Below, in pieces: positions 1 through 12,104 of a DNA stretch of 64,000 nucleotides. Each line of letters starts with the position of its first letter. Within the stretch, counting starts at the first letter, position 1. The notes under the pieces were generated by a model, which saw only the letters and a program-made list of their open reading frames with translations, was not told the origin of the DNA and made no database searches. The position numbers and the translations under genes are program-made. Origin of the DNA: Candidatus Australimonas brisbanensis (GTDB taxonomy: Bacteria > Chloroflexota > Dehalococcoidia > Lucifugimonadales > Australimonadaceae); contig JAYQTA010000009.1 in the NCBI GenBank assembly GCA_038147155.1, positions 18,283-82,282 on the forward strand, read 5' to 3'.

Positions 1-1136
1 CGCTGGTGGTGCTCGCGGTGCTGGGCGCGGGCCTCATGGCCTCGGCGGGGGAACTGCTCACCGCCTACATCTCCATCGAACTGCTCTCCTTCGCCCTCTA
101 CGTGCTGGTGGGGCTGGGCCGGGGCGATAGGCGCTCGGCGGAGGCCGTGACCAAGTACGTACTGCTGGGTGCCGTCTCCTCAGCGGTGATGCTCTTTGGC
201 ATCTCCCTGCTGTACGGGGCGACGGGCCAGACGGCGTTCCGTTACCTGGAGGGGCTGCTGGACCAGGTGTGGGCTCCTGTGCCCATCGTGGGCTTCGCCT
301 TGCTGGTGGCGGGCCTGGGCTTCAAGCTCTCCGCCGTGCCCTTCCACCTGTGGACCCCCGACGTGTACGAAGGCGCTCCCACGCCCGTGACGGCGCTGAT
401 CAGCGTGCTCTCCAAGTCCGCCACCGTGGCCCTGGTGATCCGGTTCCTGGCCGAGGGGGCCATGGGCTACCAGGAGCATTGGCAGGTGGCGCTGGTGGTG
501 CTGGCGGTACTCACCATGACGGTGGGGACGCTCACGGCCATGGCGCAGACCAACGTGAAGCGGCTGCTGGCCTACTCATCCATCACCCAGGTGGGCTTCG
601 TTCTGGTGGGCCTGGCGGCGCTGTCCGAGGGCTCGGCGAATGCCATCGCCCTGCACCTGGCAGGGTATGCCTTCACCAACCTGGCGGCCTTCACCGTGGT
701 CTCCATGGTGGAGGTGCGCGCGGGGCGCGAGTCCATCGCCGGCTACGCGGGGCTGGCCTCGGCCTCCCCCTTCTCGGCCATGGTGCTCACCGCCGCGCTC
801 TTCTCGCTGGCGGGGCTGCCCATCTTCGCGGGGTTCATCACCAAGTTCGCCCTGTTCACGGCGGCTGCCCAGGAGGGCCTGCTGTGGCTGGTGGCTGTGG
901 CGGTGCTTGCCTCACTCGTCTCGCTCTACTACTACCTGCGCATCGTGCGCGCCATGTACGTGGATAAGGCCGAGGCAGGCAGCCCGCTGGCCGGGCGATT
1001 GGCCCTGAGCCCCGTGAGCGCAGCCCTGGCCTGGGCGCTGCTGGCGGGCACCATCGCGGTGGGCGTCTACCCCGGCCCGCTGGCGGGCTGGATAGATGCC
1101 GCCACCAATGCCCTGGGCCCGTTCCTGGGCACCTAG
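1..1136 (+). CDS. nuoN: NADH-quinone oxidoreductase subunit N (5' truncated by window edge)
   Basis: Polytopic membrane ORF with NuoN motifs SIELLSFALYVL, EAVTKYVLLG, GFKLSAVPFHLWTPDVYEGAP, KRLLAYSSI; frame open to left edge. Confidence 0.93.
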   Translation, partial: LVVLAVLGAGLMASAGELLTAYISIELLSFALYVLVGLGRGDRRSAEAVTKYVLLGAVSSAVMLFGISLLYGATGQTAFRYLEGLLDQVWAPVPIVGFALLVAGLGFKLSAVPFHLWTPDVYEGAPTPVTALISVLSKSATVALVIRFLAEGAMGYQEHWQVALVVLAVLTMTVGTLTAMAQTNVKRLLAYSSITQVGFVLVGLAALSEGSANAIALHLAGYAFTNLAAFTVVSMVEVRAGRESIAGYAGLASASPFSAMVLTAALFSLAGLPIFAGFITKFALFTAAAQEGLLWLVAVAVLASLVSLYYYLRIVRAMYVDKAEAGSPLAGRLALSPVSAALAWALLAGTIAVGVYPGPLAGWIDAATNALGPFLGT

Positions 1137-1197
1137 CATCACCCGTGGCAGGGCGAGCGGGCTCTGCTAGAATGCCGGTGCCCTGCGCGGGCGTGCC

Positions 1198-3088
<1,891 letters not shown>

Positions 3089-3180
3089 CCGGAAAGGTTG
3101 CGTTGATTCGCCCCCGAGGGGGCGCTAGCATGGGACGCCCGCCGGTGAGCGGCGCCACGAACAACCCTGGAGGAGAGCGA

Positions 3181-4194
3181 ATGACCACGCGCATCGGCAT
3201 CAACGGCTTCGGCCGCATCGGCCGTCAGGTGCTGCGGGCAACCCTGGAGCGGCACCCGGACGAGCTGGAGGTGGTGGCGGTCAACGACCTGGCCAGCACC
3301 ACCACCAACGCCCACCTGTTCAAGTACGACACCAACTACGGCGTCTACCGTGGCGAGGTGAAGGCGGGTGAGGGGTCCATCTCCATCGATGGGCGCACCA
3401 TCAAGTCGCTCTCCGAGCGCGACCCGGCCAAGTTGCCGTGGGGCGATCTGGGCGTGGACCTGGTGGTGGAGTCCACGGGTATCTTCACCAACGCCGAGAA
3501 GGCCGCCGCGCACATCGAGGGCGGCGCCAAGAAGGTCATCATCTCCGCGCCCGCCACCAACGAGGACAAGACTCTGGTACTGGGCGTCAACGCCGACCAG
3601 TACGACAAGTCCAAGCACCACGTGGTCTCCAACGCCTCCTGCACCACCAACTGCGTGGCCCAGATGGTGAAGGTGCTCAACGATGCCTTCGGCATCCGCC
3701 ACGGCCTGATGACCACGGTGCACGCCTACACCAACGACCAGCAGATCCTCGACCAGACCCACCCCGACCTGCGCCGCGCCCGCGCTGCCGCGCAGAACAT
3801 CATCCCCACCTCCACCGGCGCGGCCAAGGTGGTGGGTGTGGTGATCCCGGAGCTGAACGGCAAGATCCACGGCACCGCGCTGCGGGTACCCGTCTCCACG
3901 GGCTCCATCACCGACTTCACCGCGGACCTGGGCCGCAAGGTCACGGCCGACGAGGTGAACGCGGCGTTCAAGAAGGCGTCCGAGACGAACCTGGAGGGCA
4001 TCCTCGCCTACACCGAGGACCCCATCGTCTCCTCGGACATCAAGATGAACCCGGCCTCCTGCATCTTCGACGCTCTGGCCACCATGGTGATGCAGGACGA
4101 CATGGTGAAGATCTTCGGCTGGTACGACAACGAGTGGGGCTACTCCTGCCGCACGTCGGACCTGGCCGCCTTCATGGCCTCCAAGGGCTTCTAG
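3181..4194 (+). CDS. gap: Type I glyceraldehyde-3-phosphate dehydrogenase
   Basis: [30 protein letters not shown]; ATG 3181 after GGAGGAG. Confidence 0.98.
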   Translation: MTTRIGINGFGRIGRQVLRATLERHPDELEVVAVNDLASTTTNAHLFKYDTNYGVYRGEVKAGEGSISIDGRTIKSLSERDPAKLPWGDLGVDLVVESTGIFTNAEKAAAHIEGGAKKVIISAPATNEDKTLVLGVNADQYDKSKHHVVSNASCTTNCVAQMVKVLNDAFGIRHGLMTTVHAYTNDQQILDQTHPDLRRARAAAQNIIPTSTGAAKVVGVVIPELNGKIHGTALRVPVSTGSITDFTADLGRKVTADEVNAAFKKASETNLEGILAYTEDPIVSSDIKMNPASCIFDALATMVMQDDMVKIFGWYDNEWGYSCRTSDLAAFMASKGF

Positions 4195-4220
4195 CCCTCC
4201 GGTACACCGATGCGGACGAG

Positions 4221-4253
4221 GGGCGGCGCTCAGGCGCCGCCCTCTCGCTTTCT
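4221..4253 (+). terminator. Probable intrinsic terminator after gap
   Basis: 9-bp stem GGGCGGCGC-TCAG-GCGCCGCCC followed by a pyrimidine/T-rich tail TCTCGCTTTCT. Confidence 0.55.
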
Positions 4254-4291
4254 CGCACACGGGAAGGGGCTTGTCCGGCGGGCCCGGCGGC

Positions 4292-4297
4292 TAGAAT
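4292..4297 (+). promoter_or_regulatory. -10 box TAGAAT 9 nt before ATG 4307 (leaderless or near-leaderless)
   Basis: TAGAAT-gggcgcgcc-ATG, no SD. Confidence 0.5.
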
Positions 4298-4306
4298 GGG
4301 CGCGCC

Positions 4307-7300
4307 ATGCAGCCCAACCGCGTCCGTCTCCCTCTCCCACCGCGCCAGCGCTGGCCCGCCCTGGCGGCGTTGGCGCTGGTGCTCCTAGCGCTGGCGCTGC
4401 GCCTGCCGGGCCTGGACTGGGACGGCGGGCACTTCTTCCATCCCGACGAGCGGTCCATCTACCTGCGCGCCGAGCAGATGTACGACACGCTCACCGACAC
4501 GCCCAACTGGAGGGCGGACGCCAACCGGGACTTCCCGTTGGACACGCCGGGCTGGCCCTCCCCGTCCACGTTCCTGGACCCGGACGCGAGTCCCCTGAAC
4601 CCCCACTGGTTCCCCCTGGGCTCGGTGCTGATCTACGTGCTGGTGGCCGTGCGCTTCGTGCTCGAGGCGTTCATGGACCAGGTGCGCCTGCAGGACCTGG
4701 CCACGGCGGGCCGGACGCTGGCGGCCCTGGCCGATGCGGGCACCGTGGGGCTGCTGTTCCTGTTGGGCCGACGCCTGTTCGGCGCGCGGGTGGGCCTGCT
4801 GGCTGCTGCCCTGGCGGCGTGCAGTGTCGGGGCGATCCAGTTCGCCCACGTCTACCGGCCGGAGCCCTTCGTGGTGCCGCTGGCGCTGGGCCTGTTCTGG
4901 TGGCTGCTGAACCTGGCCGAGCGTGGCGGGCGGCGCGAGCACCTGATGGTGGGGTTGTTCGTGGGCCTCTCCTTCGCCCTGCGCGGCTCCTCGCTGCCCC
5001 TGCTGGCCCCGGTGGCGCTGGTGTACCTGGCGCTGGTGGCGCGCGAACCGCGCCGGTGGGGCAGGGTGGTGGGGGAGGGGCTGCGCGCCGCAGCGGTGGC
5101 GCTGGGCGTGTTCGCGCTCCTGCAGCCCTACGCGCTGCTGGACCTGGACAAGTACCTGGGCGATCTGGGCTGGGAGGCGATGATTGCCCGCACGGCGGGG
5201 CTGGTGCCCTACACCCTCCAGTACGTGGGCACGCCACGCTGGGGGGTGTACGAGGTGAGCCAGTCGGCCCTCTGGTCGCTGGGCCTGCCCCTGGGCCTGG
5301 TGGCATGGGGGGGCCTCGCCATCAGCGTGGTGGCAGGGCTGCGCCGCCCCCACCTGCGGGAGTGGGTGCTGCTTTCGTGGGTGCTGGCGGTGCTGCTCAC
5401 CATCGTCCCCACCTTCGAGGTCAAGTTCCTGCGCTACGTTTCTCCGGTGCTGCCGGTGTTGGTGCTGCTGGGTGCGCGCTGGCTGCTGGCCGCACACGCC
5501 CTTGCGCGCGTGCGCTGGCCCGTGCTGGGACGCGCTGTGGTGGGGCTGGGCGTGTTGGTGCTGGCTGCCACGGCGTTCTACGCGCTGGCGTTCGTGGCGG
5601 CGTATGCGACGCCCCACCCCGCGGTGCAGGCGAGCACCTGGCTGCGCGAGCAGGTGAGCCCCGGCGCGCTGATCCTCACCGACAACCACTGGGACGAGGG
5701 CATCCCGGACCTGTTCGGCTTCCGGGTGGAGCAGCTGCCCGCCTACGAGTCTGACAACCCCGCCAAGACGGCGCGCTACGCCACGCTGCTGGCCGAGGCG
5801 AACGTCATCGTCGCCTACTCCAACCGCCCGTGGGGTTCCATCGCGCGGGTGCCGGAGCGCTACCCGGTCACCGCCGCCTACTACCAGGCGTTGTTCGACG
5901 GGCGGTTGGGATATTCGCTCGAGGCTGCTTTCGCGCGCTATCCAGCGCTTGCGGGTGTGGCCTTCACCCATGACCCGTTCACCCGCGCCGGCGTCCAGGC
6001 CCCCGCCTCGCTGCCGGGACTCGATTCGCCCATCGCCCTGCACCTGGGCTGGGCCGACGAGAACGTGACCAACTACGACCGCCCGCTGGTGCTGGTGTGG
6101 CGCAACACGGGCCACCTGTCCGCGACCGACATAGCCATCCTGCTCAACAGCGGGGCCAACGCGGTGCCGGAGCCGCTGCTGCTCTCCGAGGCGGCGTGGG
6201 AGCGCCAGCAGGCATCGGGCTCGTGGAACTCCCTCTTCGCCCCCGGCGGCCTTAACGGGGCCCTCCCGTGGCTCGCCTGGCTCTTCGTGGTGGAGTTGGT
6301 GGGTCTTGCCGCGCTGCCCCTGGCCCTCTGGCTCACCCGTCCGGTGCCGGGGCTGGGGCCCTTCATCGCCCGTCCGCTCGGCCTGCTGGCCGTGGCGTGG
6401 GTGGCCTGGTGGGGGGCGAGCATTGGCGTGTGGGACTTCGGCCGTGGCAGTGCGCTGGCGGGCGTGGGGCTGGTGGCCCTGGGTTCGGCAGGCGTGGTCT
6501 GGTCCCGTCGTGCGCGCTGGCGAGAGGTGGCTCGCCGCCACGCCCGCTCCGTGGCCTGGGCTGCGGCGCTGAGCGTGGGTGCCTTCGCCCTCTTCGCACT
6601 GATCCGCGCCGCCAATCCCGACCTGTGGCACCCGTGGCGCGGGGGCGAGAAGCCTATGGACCTGGCGTACCTGACGGCGGTGATGCGCTCGGTGCGCTTC
6701 CCCGCCTACGACCCGTGGTACGCGGGCGGACAGCTCAACTACTACTACTTCGGCTTCGTCCTGGTGGGCGCGGTGGCCCGCGCTGCGGGCACGGTGCCCA
6801 CGCTGGCGTACAACCTGGGCCTGGCCACCCTGGCCTCGTTCACCCTCACGGGGGCGTTCGGCGTTGGCATGGGGCTCGCCAGCGCCTGGCGCGTGAGGGC
6901 CGGGCTGCGCGTGAGCGCGCGCAGCACCCTGGTTGCCGGTGCCCTGGCCGCCGCGCTGGTGGGGGTGGTGGGCAACCTGGACGGGGTGGCCCAGCTGGCC
7001 CAGGGGCTGGGCCGCGTTATCAATCAGCAGCCCTTCGGCGGGTTCGACTTCTGGCGCTCCTCACGGCTCATGCCGGGCGAGTGGGCCATCAACGAGTTCC
7101 CCTTCTGGACGTTCCTGTTCGGTGACCTGCACGCGCACCTGATGGCCCTGCCCGTGCAGGTGCTCACCGTGGCGCTGGCCGCAGCCGTGGCCCTCTCGGC
7201 CGGGGGCTCCTGGCGGGCCCTCGGCCCCCGCGTGGGCGCGCTGGCCGTGGTGGTGGGGAGTCTGGCGGCCATCAACACGTGGGATGTGCCCGCCTACGGA

Positions 7301-8641
7301 TTGCTCTCCCTGGGCACGGTGGGCGCTGCGGTGGCGTTGCACCATCGGGGCCCCGTGCGCCCCATGACCGCGGTGCGCTGGGGCGCGTGGCTGGTGGGCA
7401 TGTGGGCGCTGGCATACCTGGCCTGGGCCCCCTTCCACCTGCACTACGACGCCCCGTCCGGCGGGGTGGAGCCGGGGCGCTGGCGCACGGTGGCCTGGCA
7501 GTACGTGGCGATCCACGCAGTGGTGGCCTTCGGTGCGCTCTCGTGGCTCGCGGCGGTGAGCTGGCGCACCGAGGTGCGCCGCCGGGTGCTCACGCGCCTC
7601 GCGGCCCGGCGCGCGGCCGCGGCGGGGGTGGGCGCTGGCCTGGTGGCCGTGACGCTGTGGGTGGCGGCTCCGCCCCTGCGGGAGTGGACCACCTTCACCC
7701 TCCTGGTGCTGGTGCTGGCCGCCACGCTGGCGCAGGGCGTGCTGTGGGCGGCGCGTAGACGCCGGGAGCCCGAGGCGCCGGTGCGCCTCCTGGTGCTGGG
7801 CATGGCGGCCCTGGCGGTGGGCATCGGCGCCGGGGTTGACCTGGTGCGGGTGACGCCCGACATCGACCGGATGAACACACTGTTCAAGTTGGGTCTGAAC
7901 GCCTGGATGCTGTATGCCCTGGCGGGTGGGGTGGGCCTCTGGCACCTGTGGGCCACGGGCGCGTTGCGCCGGCGCACCGGGCCCCTGGGCCCCCTACGCA
8001 ACGGTTGGCTCACCCTGGCGCTGGTACTGGGAGCGGCGGGGCTGGTGTACCCGGTCTGGGGCACGCTGGCGCGGGTGGACGACCGGTTCGACACCGGCGT
8101 GGGGCTCACCCTGGATGGGGAGGCCTACCTGCGGACGGCGGTCTACGGCGACCCCGGCCCCGCCGACACCCAGGCCGACGACGTGCGCTACCCACTGGCG
8201 GACGATGCCGAAGCGCTCGCCTACCTGCGTGAACACGCTGCGGGTACGCCGGTGGTGCTGGAGGCGGCGTACCGGCACGGTTATCGCTGGTACCCGCGGG
8301 TGGCCGCCTACACGGGCCTGCCGGTGGTGGTGGGCTGGGAGTGGCACCAGGAGCAGCAGCGGGGCGACGGCGGGCGCGTCACCCGCAACGTGCGCGCGCG
8401 TCTGGCGGACGTGGAGACGGCCTACGCCACCACCTCGGACGAGGCGCTGCGTGCGGTGCTGGCCCGCTACGTTGTGGACTACATCTACCTGGGGCCGACG
8501 GAACGCGCCTACTTCCCGGGGCCGGGCCTGGCCAAGTTCGATGCGCTGGTGGGCAGGGGGCTGGAGGTGTTCTTCACCAACGGCCAGGTGCACATCTACC
8601 GGGTGGACGATGCATGGCGGGATAAGTCTGACGGTGTGTAA
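4307..8641 (+). CDS. Large GT-C-fold membrane glycosyltransferase: ArnT/PMT (GT39-like) module fused to DUF2298 (YYY) module
   Basis: N-half FHPDERSIY and DNHWDE; C-half GEKPMDLAYL, PWYAGGQLNYYYFG, INEFPFWTFLFGDLHAH, INTWD, RVDDRF, VVGWEWHQEQQR; 1444 aa, many TM segments. Confidence 0.85.
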   Translation: MQPNRVRLPLPPRQRWPALAALALVLLALALRLPGLDWDGGHFFHPDERSIYLRAEQMYDTLTDTPNWRADANRDFPLDTPGWPSPSTFLDPDASPLNPHWFPLGSVLIYVLVAVRFVLEAFMDQVRLQDLATAGRTLAALADAGTVGLLFLLGRRLFGARVGLLAAALAACSVGAIQFAHVYRPEPFVVPLALGLFWWLLNLAERGGRREHLMVGLFVGLSFALRGSSLPLLAPVALVYLALVAREPRRWGRVVGEGLRAAAVALGVFALLQPYALLDLDKYLGDLGWEAMIARTAGLVPYTLQYVGTPRWGVYEVSQSALWSLGLPLGLVAWGGLAISVVAGLRRPHLREWVLLSWVLAVLLTIVPTFEVKFLRYVSPVLPVLVLLGARWLLAAHALARVRWPVLGRAVVGLGVLVLAATAFYALAFVAAYATPHPAVQASTWLREQVSPGALILTDNHWDEGIPDLFGFRVEQLPAYESDNPAKTARYATLLAEANVIVAYSNRPWGSIARVPERYPVTAAYYQALFDGRLGYSLEAAFARYPALAGVAFTHDPFTRAGVQAPASLPGLDSPIALHLGWADENVTNYDRPLVLVWRNTGHLSATDIAILLNSGANAVPEPLLLSEAAWERQQASGSWNSLFAPGGLNGALPWLAWLFVVELVGLAALPLALWLTRPVPGLGPFIARPLGLLAVAWVAWWGASIGVWDFGRGSALAGVGLVALGSAGVVWSRRARWREVARRHARSVAWAAALSVGAFALFALIRAANPDLWHPWRGGEKPMDLAYLTAVMRSVRFPAYDPWYAGGQLNYYYFGFVLVGAVARAAGTVPTLAYNLGLATLASFTLTGAFGVGMGLASAWRVRAGLRVSARSTLVAGALAAALVGVVGNLDGVAQLAQGLGRVINQQPFGGFDFWRSSRLMPGEWAINEFPFWTFLFGDLHAHLMALPVQVLTVALAAAVALSAGGSWRALGPRVGALAVVVGSLAAINTWDVPAYGLLSLGTVGAAVALHHRGPVRPMTAVRWGAWLVGMWALAYLAWAPFHLHYDAPSGGVEPGRWRTVAWQYVAIHAVVAFGALSWLAAVSWRTEVRRRVLTRLAARRAAAAGVGAGLVAVTLWVAAPPLREWTTFTLLVLVLAATLAQGVLWAARRRREPEAPVRLLVLGMAALAVGIGAGVDLVRVTPDIDRMNTLFKLGLNAWMLYALAGGVGLWHLWATGALRRRTGPLGPLRNGWLTLALVLGAAGLVYPVWGTLARVDDRFDTGVGLTLDGEAYLRTAVYGDPGPADTQADDVRYPLADDAEALAYLREHAAGTPVVLEAAYRHGYRWYPRVAAYTGLPVVVGWEWHQEQQRGDGGRVTRNVRARLADVETAYATTSDEALRAVLARYVVDYIYLGPTERAYFPGPGLAKFDALVGRGLEVFFTNGQVHIYRVDDAWRDKSDGV

Positions 8642-8708
8642 GATGAACGAGGCTTGCACGGGAGTGCTAGGCTAGGAGCGCACCAAACGCCGGTGCGGGG
8701 AGACCAAC

Positions 8709-9038
8709 ATGGAGCAGGCGGCTGACATCGCGACCCTGGTACGGGACATCCTCATCAGCGTCTACCTGCTGGCGGGTGTGCTCATCACCCTGGTGCTGGG
8801 GGTGATGGCCTTCCTGGTGTTCAAGGGTGTGCTGGGCCTCACCCACAAGGCGGGCGAGACGCTGGAGAACGTGAGCAAGGTGTCCGAGGCCGCGGTGGAG
8901 CACATCGTGGAGCCGCTGTCCGAGGGCGTCTCCTTCTCCTCCAGCGTGGGCAACGCCGTGGGATTCGCCTCCGGGTTCATCTCCGGGCTCATGGGCAAGC
9001 GCCCCGGCGGCGGCAAGGACAAGAAGAAGAAGCGCTAG
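8709..9038 (+). CDS. Small membrane protein, unknown function, basic C-terminus
   Basis: 109 aa, one long TM helix plus amphipathic region, ends KDKKKKR; typical codon usage. Confidence 0.7.
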   Translation: MEQAADIATLVRDILISVYLLAGVLITLVLGVMAFLVFKGVLGLTHKAGETLENVSKVSEAAVEHIVEPLSEGVSFSSSVGNAVGFASGFISGLMGKRPGGGKDKKKKR

Positions 9039-9862
9039 GCGGCGGGCTTGAAGCGCGGGTAGGAGCCGAACACCTTCAGGTGTGAGACGCGCCCGCGCAC
9101 CCGCTCCAGCACCGTCGCGACCGCCGGGTCCGAGCGGTGCCCCACCAGGTCCATGAGGAAGTAGTAGCGCCCCAGCCCCAGCCGGGTGGGGCGTGATTCC
9201 ACCTTGGCCAGGTTGATGCCGGACTGGGTGAACTCGCCCATCACTCCGTACAGCTGGCCGGGCTTGTCCTCCTCGAAGGTGAAGGCGATGGAGGTCTTGT
9301 CGTCACCCGTGGGCGGGGCGTCCTGGCGCGCCACCACCACGAAGCGGGTGGCGTTGGAATCGTCGTCCTGGATGCCCTGCGCCAGCACCTGCGCCCCGTA
9401 CAGCGCCGCCGCGCCCAGTGGTGCGATGGCCGCCGCGGGCACCTCGGCGTTCATGGCCTGCTCCACCGACCCCGCCGTGCTCAGGGAGGGTGCCAACTCC
9501 GCGTTGGGGAGCAACCGCTCCAGGTAGCCCTTGCACTGGCCCAGTGCCTGGGGGTGGGAGTAGACCCGGCTCACCTGCTCGAGCCGCACGCCGGGTGCGG
9601 CCATGAGGTTGTGGACGACGGGGATCACCACCTCGGCGGTGATGGCGAGCCCCTCCCCGTGCAGCAGCAGGTCCAGCGTCTCGGTGACCGCGCCCTGGAG
9701 GGAGTTCTCGATGGGCAGCGCGGCCCGTTCGGCACTTCCGTCCCGCACGGCCTGGGCCGAGGCGGTGATGGTCGGGTAGGCCACCAGCTCCGCGTCCGGC
9801 GCGTGCAGCGCCGCCGCCTGCTCGGTGAAGGTGCCCGCGGGGCCCAGGTGCGCGATGCGCAT
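9035..9862 (-). CDS. pheA: Prephenate dehydratase with ACT domain
   Basis: MRIAHLGPAGTFTE, PIENSLQGAV, YSHPQALGQC, NATRFVVV, INLAKVESRP; start reassigned to ATG 9862. Confidence 0.95.
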   Translation of the reverse strand: MRIAHLGPAGTFTEQAAALHAPDAELVAYPTITASAQAVRDGSAERAALPIENSLQGAVTETLDLLLHGEGLAITAEVVIPVVHNLMAAPGVRLEQVSRVYSHPQALGQCKGYLERLLPNAELAPSLSTAGSVEQAMNAEVPAAAIAPLGAAALYGAQVLAQGIQDDDSNATRFVVVARQDAPPTGDDKTSIAFTFEEDKPGQLYGVMGEFTQSGINLAKVESRPTRLGLGRYYFLMDLVGHRSDPAVATVLERVRGRVSHLKVFGSYPRFKPAA

Positions 9863-9864
9863 GT

Positions 9865-10545
9865 CTACGCGCCCCCCGTGAGCGCCTGCCACAGCGCGCC
9901 CTCGCGGTCGGGTGGGGTGATGGCGACCACCTCGTCGTTGGCCTCGATGGGCGGGCAGTCGGCCAGGGAGCGCAGCTCGCCCTCGCGGCTCACCACCGCC
10001 GCCAGCACCGTGCCGGAGGGCAGCGCCAACTCGCCGGGGATGCGGCCTACCACGGGCGAGCCCGGGGGGATGCGCACACACACGATGCCTGCCGAGGCGC
10101 CCGAGGGGGAGATGCCGTGGAGCTGGAGCACGTGCACCAGCGGCCCGCCGGTGAGCCCCTCTTCCATCGTGGCCAGGATCAGCTCGGTGGTGGAGATGGT
10201 CACGTCCACCCCCAGCGCCTTCAACAGGGGCACGTTGGCCGGGTCCGTCACCACGGCGATGGTGCGCGGCACCTGGTAGGACCACTTGGCCACCTGGCAG
10301 GCCATCAGGTTCACGGCGTCCGCCCCGGTGGAGGCGATGAGGATGTCGCAGCGCTTGGCGCCCGCCTCCCCCAGCACCGTGGGCTCGGTGCCGTCGGAGG
10401 AGATGACGATGCCGCCGAACTCATCCCGGGCGGCGTCCGCGCGGCCGGAGTCGCGCTCCACCACCACCACCTCGTGGCCCGCCGCCAGCAGCTCGCGGGT
10501 TAGATAGTAGCCGATCTTGCCCGAGCCGACCACGATGATGAACAT
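9865..10545 (-). CDS. trkA: TrkA-family K+ transport regulator (RCK_N + RCK_C)
   Basis: IIVVGSGKIG, DGTEPTVLGEAG, STGADAVNL; C-terminal RCK_C. Confidence 0.88.
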   Translation of the reverse strand: MFIIVVGSGKIGYYLTRELLAAGHEVVVVERDSGRADAARDEFGGIVISSDGTEPTVLGEAGAKRCDILIASTGADAVNLMACQVAKWSYQVPRTIAVVTDPANVPLLKALGVDVTISTTELILATMEEGLTGGPLVHVLQLHGISPSGASAGIVCVRIPPGSPVVGRIPGELALPSGTVLAAVVSREGELRSLADCPPIEANDEVVAITPPDREGALWQALTGGA

Positions 10546-10547
10546 GG

Positions 10548-10961
10548 CTATGCGTCCAGCGCCTGGGTGACCAGGTCGGTCATGATCTGGGAGGGGCTCA
10601 CGGTGCGCAGCCCCAGTTCCTCGTACATCTGCTGGCGGATCGGGTCGTTCACCCGGCAGACCACGTGGGGCACCCTGAAGGTGACCTGCGCCGTCTGGGC
10701 CGCCAGGGCGTTGGTGGTGTCCTGGCCCGTGAGGGCAGCGAAGGAGTCCACCGACTCGATGCCGTCGCGGCGCAGCTCATCGTGCGAGGTGCCGTCGCCC
10801 AGCACCATGGTCAGGCCCGGCTGCTCGGTGAGGCGTCGGAAATTCTCCGCCTCCAGGTCCAGTATCACCACCTCGTCGCCCCGCTCTAGCAACGCCTTGG
10901 TCACCATGGCGCCCAGGCGTCCACATCCCACGATGAGCACCTTCTTGCCGCCGCTAGCCAC
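10548..10961 (-). CDS. TrkA_N (RCK_N-only) NAD-binding protein
   Basis: VLIVGCGRLG, GDGTSHDELRRDGI, ALTGQDTTN; 137 aa, no RCK_C. Confidence 0.85.
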   Translation of the reverse strand: MASGGKKVLIVGCGRLGAMVTKALLERGDEVVILDLEAENFRRLTEQPGLTMVLGDGTSHDELRRDGIESVDSFAALTGQDTTNALAAQTAQVTFRVPHVVCRVNDPIRQQMYEELGLRTVSPSQIMTDLVTQALDA

Positions 10962-10973
10962 CCTGCGCCTCCC

Positions 10974-11423
10974 TCACGAGATGCCCGCCGTCACCCGGGC
11001 CTCGCTGCGCAGCACCAGCACCCGGCAGGGGCTGTGCTTGAGCAGGTAGGGCACCGTCTCGCCCAGGGTGGGCACACCGTAGTGCTCCTGGTAGGCGGCG
11101 CCCACCACCAGGGTGCCCGCGCTTCGGCTCTCCGCCTCCTGGACGATGGCCGAACCCCTGCTGCGCGCCTGGAGTATCTCCCCCTCCACCTTGCACTTGA
11201 GCGAACGCGCGTGGCGCTCCAGGGACTGGAGCACCTGCTCGCCGCGTGCCGTCTCCACGGGCACCTCCGCGTCCAGCGGGAGGGCATGGGAGACCTCGAT
11301 GACGTAGAGGATCACCACCGGGGACTTCTCGCGGCGCGCAAGCTCACAGGCCAGGCGCACTACCTCTTGGTCCTGGGGGCCGCCCTCCACGGGCACCAGC
11401 ACCAGGGGACCTTGCGTGCCCAT
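10974..11423 (-). CDS. Universal stress protein (single USP domain)
   Basis: VLVPVEGG, ARSRGSAIVQEA, LGETVPYLLKHSPCRVLVL. Confidence 0.88.
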   Translation of the reverse strand: MGTQGPLVLVPVEGGPQDQEVVRLACELARREKSPVVILYVIEVSHALPLDAEVPVETARGEQVLQSLERHARSLKCKVEGEILQARSRGSAIVQEAESRSAGTLVVGAAYQEHYGVPTLGETVPYLLKHSPCRVLVLRSEARVTAGIS

Positions 11424-11431
11424 CCTCGCTC

Positions 11432-12094
11432 CTACCGCAGCTTCAGCCGCTCGAGGGCATCCTCAGGCCCCGCGACCACCAGTTGGTCACCGGCCTGGAG
11501 TTGCTCGTCCTTGGAGGGCGCCAGGATAGGCTCGCGCCCCCGGCGGATCGCCACCACGGCCGAGCCGTATCGGTCGCGGGCGCCGGAGAAACCCGCCTGC
11601 TCCAGGGTGAGGCCCACCAGCGCCTCGGGCACGTTCAGCTTGGAGAAGCCGAAGTCGGCGGTCAGTTCCATGTACTCCAGCACCGCGCGCTGGAAGAGGC
11701 TGTGCGCCGTGCGCAGCCCTGTCTCCTGCTCCGGGTAGACCACCCGGTCCGCGCCCACCGCCTGGAGCGTCTTGCCGTGGAGCTCGCTGATGGCACGCGC
11801 CACCACATGGGCAACCTGGAACTGCTCCTTGAGCAGCACCGTGGTGAGCACGCTGGACTGGATGTCCGTCCCGATGGAGACGACGGCGGTGTCGAAGTTG
11901 CGGATGCCCGCCTCCTCCAGCAGCTCCGGGGAGGTGGAATCGCCCATCACCGCGTAGGTGACCTGGCCCATCATCTGCTGCACCAGCGACTCGTTCCGGT
12001 CGACGGCGAGCACGTCGTGGCCGATGCGGTACAGCTCCCTCGCGAGGGAGACGCCGAAGCGGCCCATGCCGATGACTGCTACTTGGTGTGCCAT
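11432..12094 (-). CDS. ktrA: KtrA/TrkA-family RCK regulatory subunit
   Basis: VAVIGMGRFG, GDSTSPELLEEAGIRNFDTAVVSIG, LQAVGADRVVYPE. Confidence 0.9.
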   Translation of the reverse strand: MAHQVAVIGMGRFGVSLARELYRIGHDVLAVDRNESLVQQMMGQVTYAVMGDSTSPELLEEAGIRNFDTAVVSIGTDIQSSVLTTVLLKEQFQVAHVVARAISELHGKTLQAVGADRVVYPEQETGLRTAHSLFQRAVLEYMELTADFGFSKLNVPEALVGLTLEQAGFSGARDRYGSAVVAIRRGREPILAPSKDEQLQAGDQLVVAGPEDALERLKLR

Positions 12095-12104
12095 TGCGCC
12101 CTAA

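Noticed and set aside
5880-6300. Slightly AT-richer codons at the junction of the two GT-C modules, suggesting a recombination seam
   Set aside because: A visual impression only; needs a GC3 or codon-usage sliding-window computation
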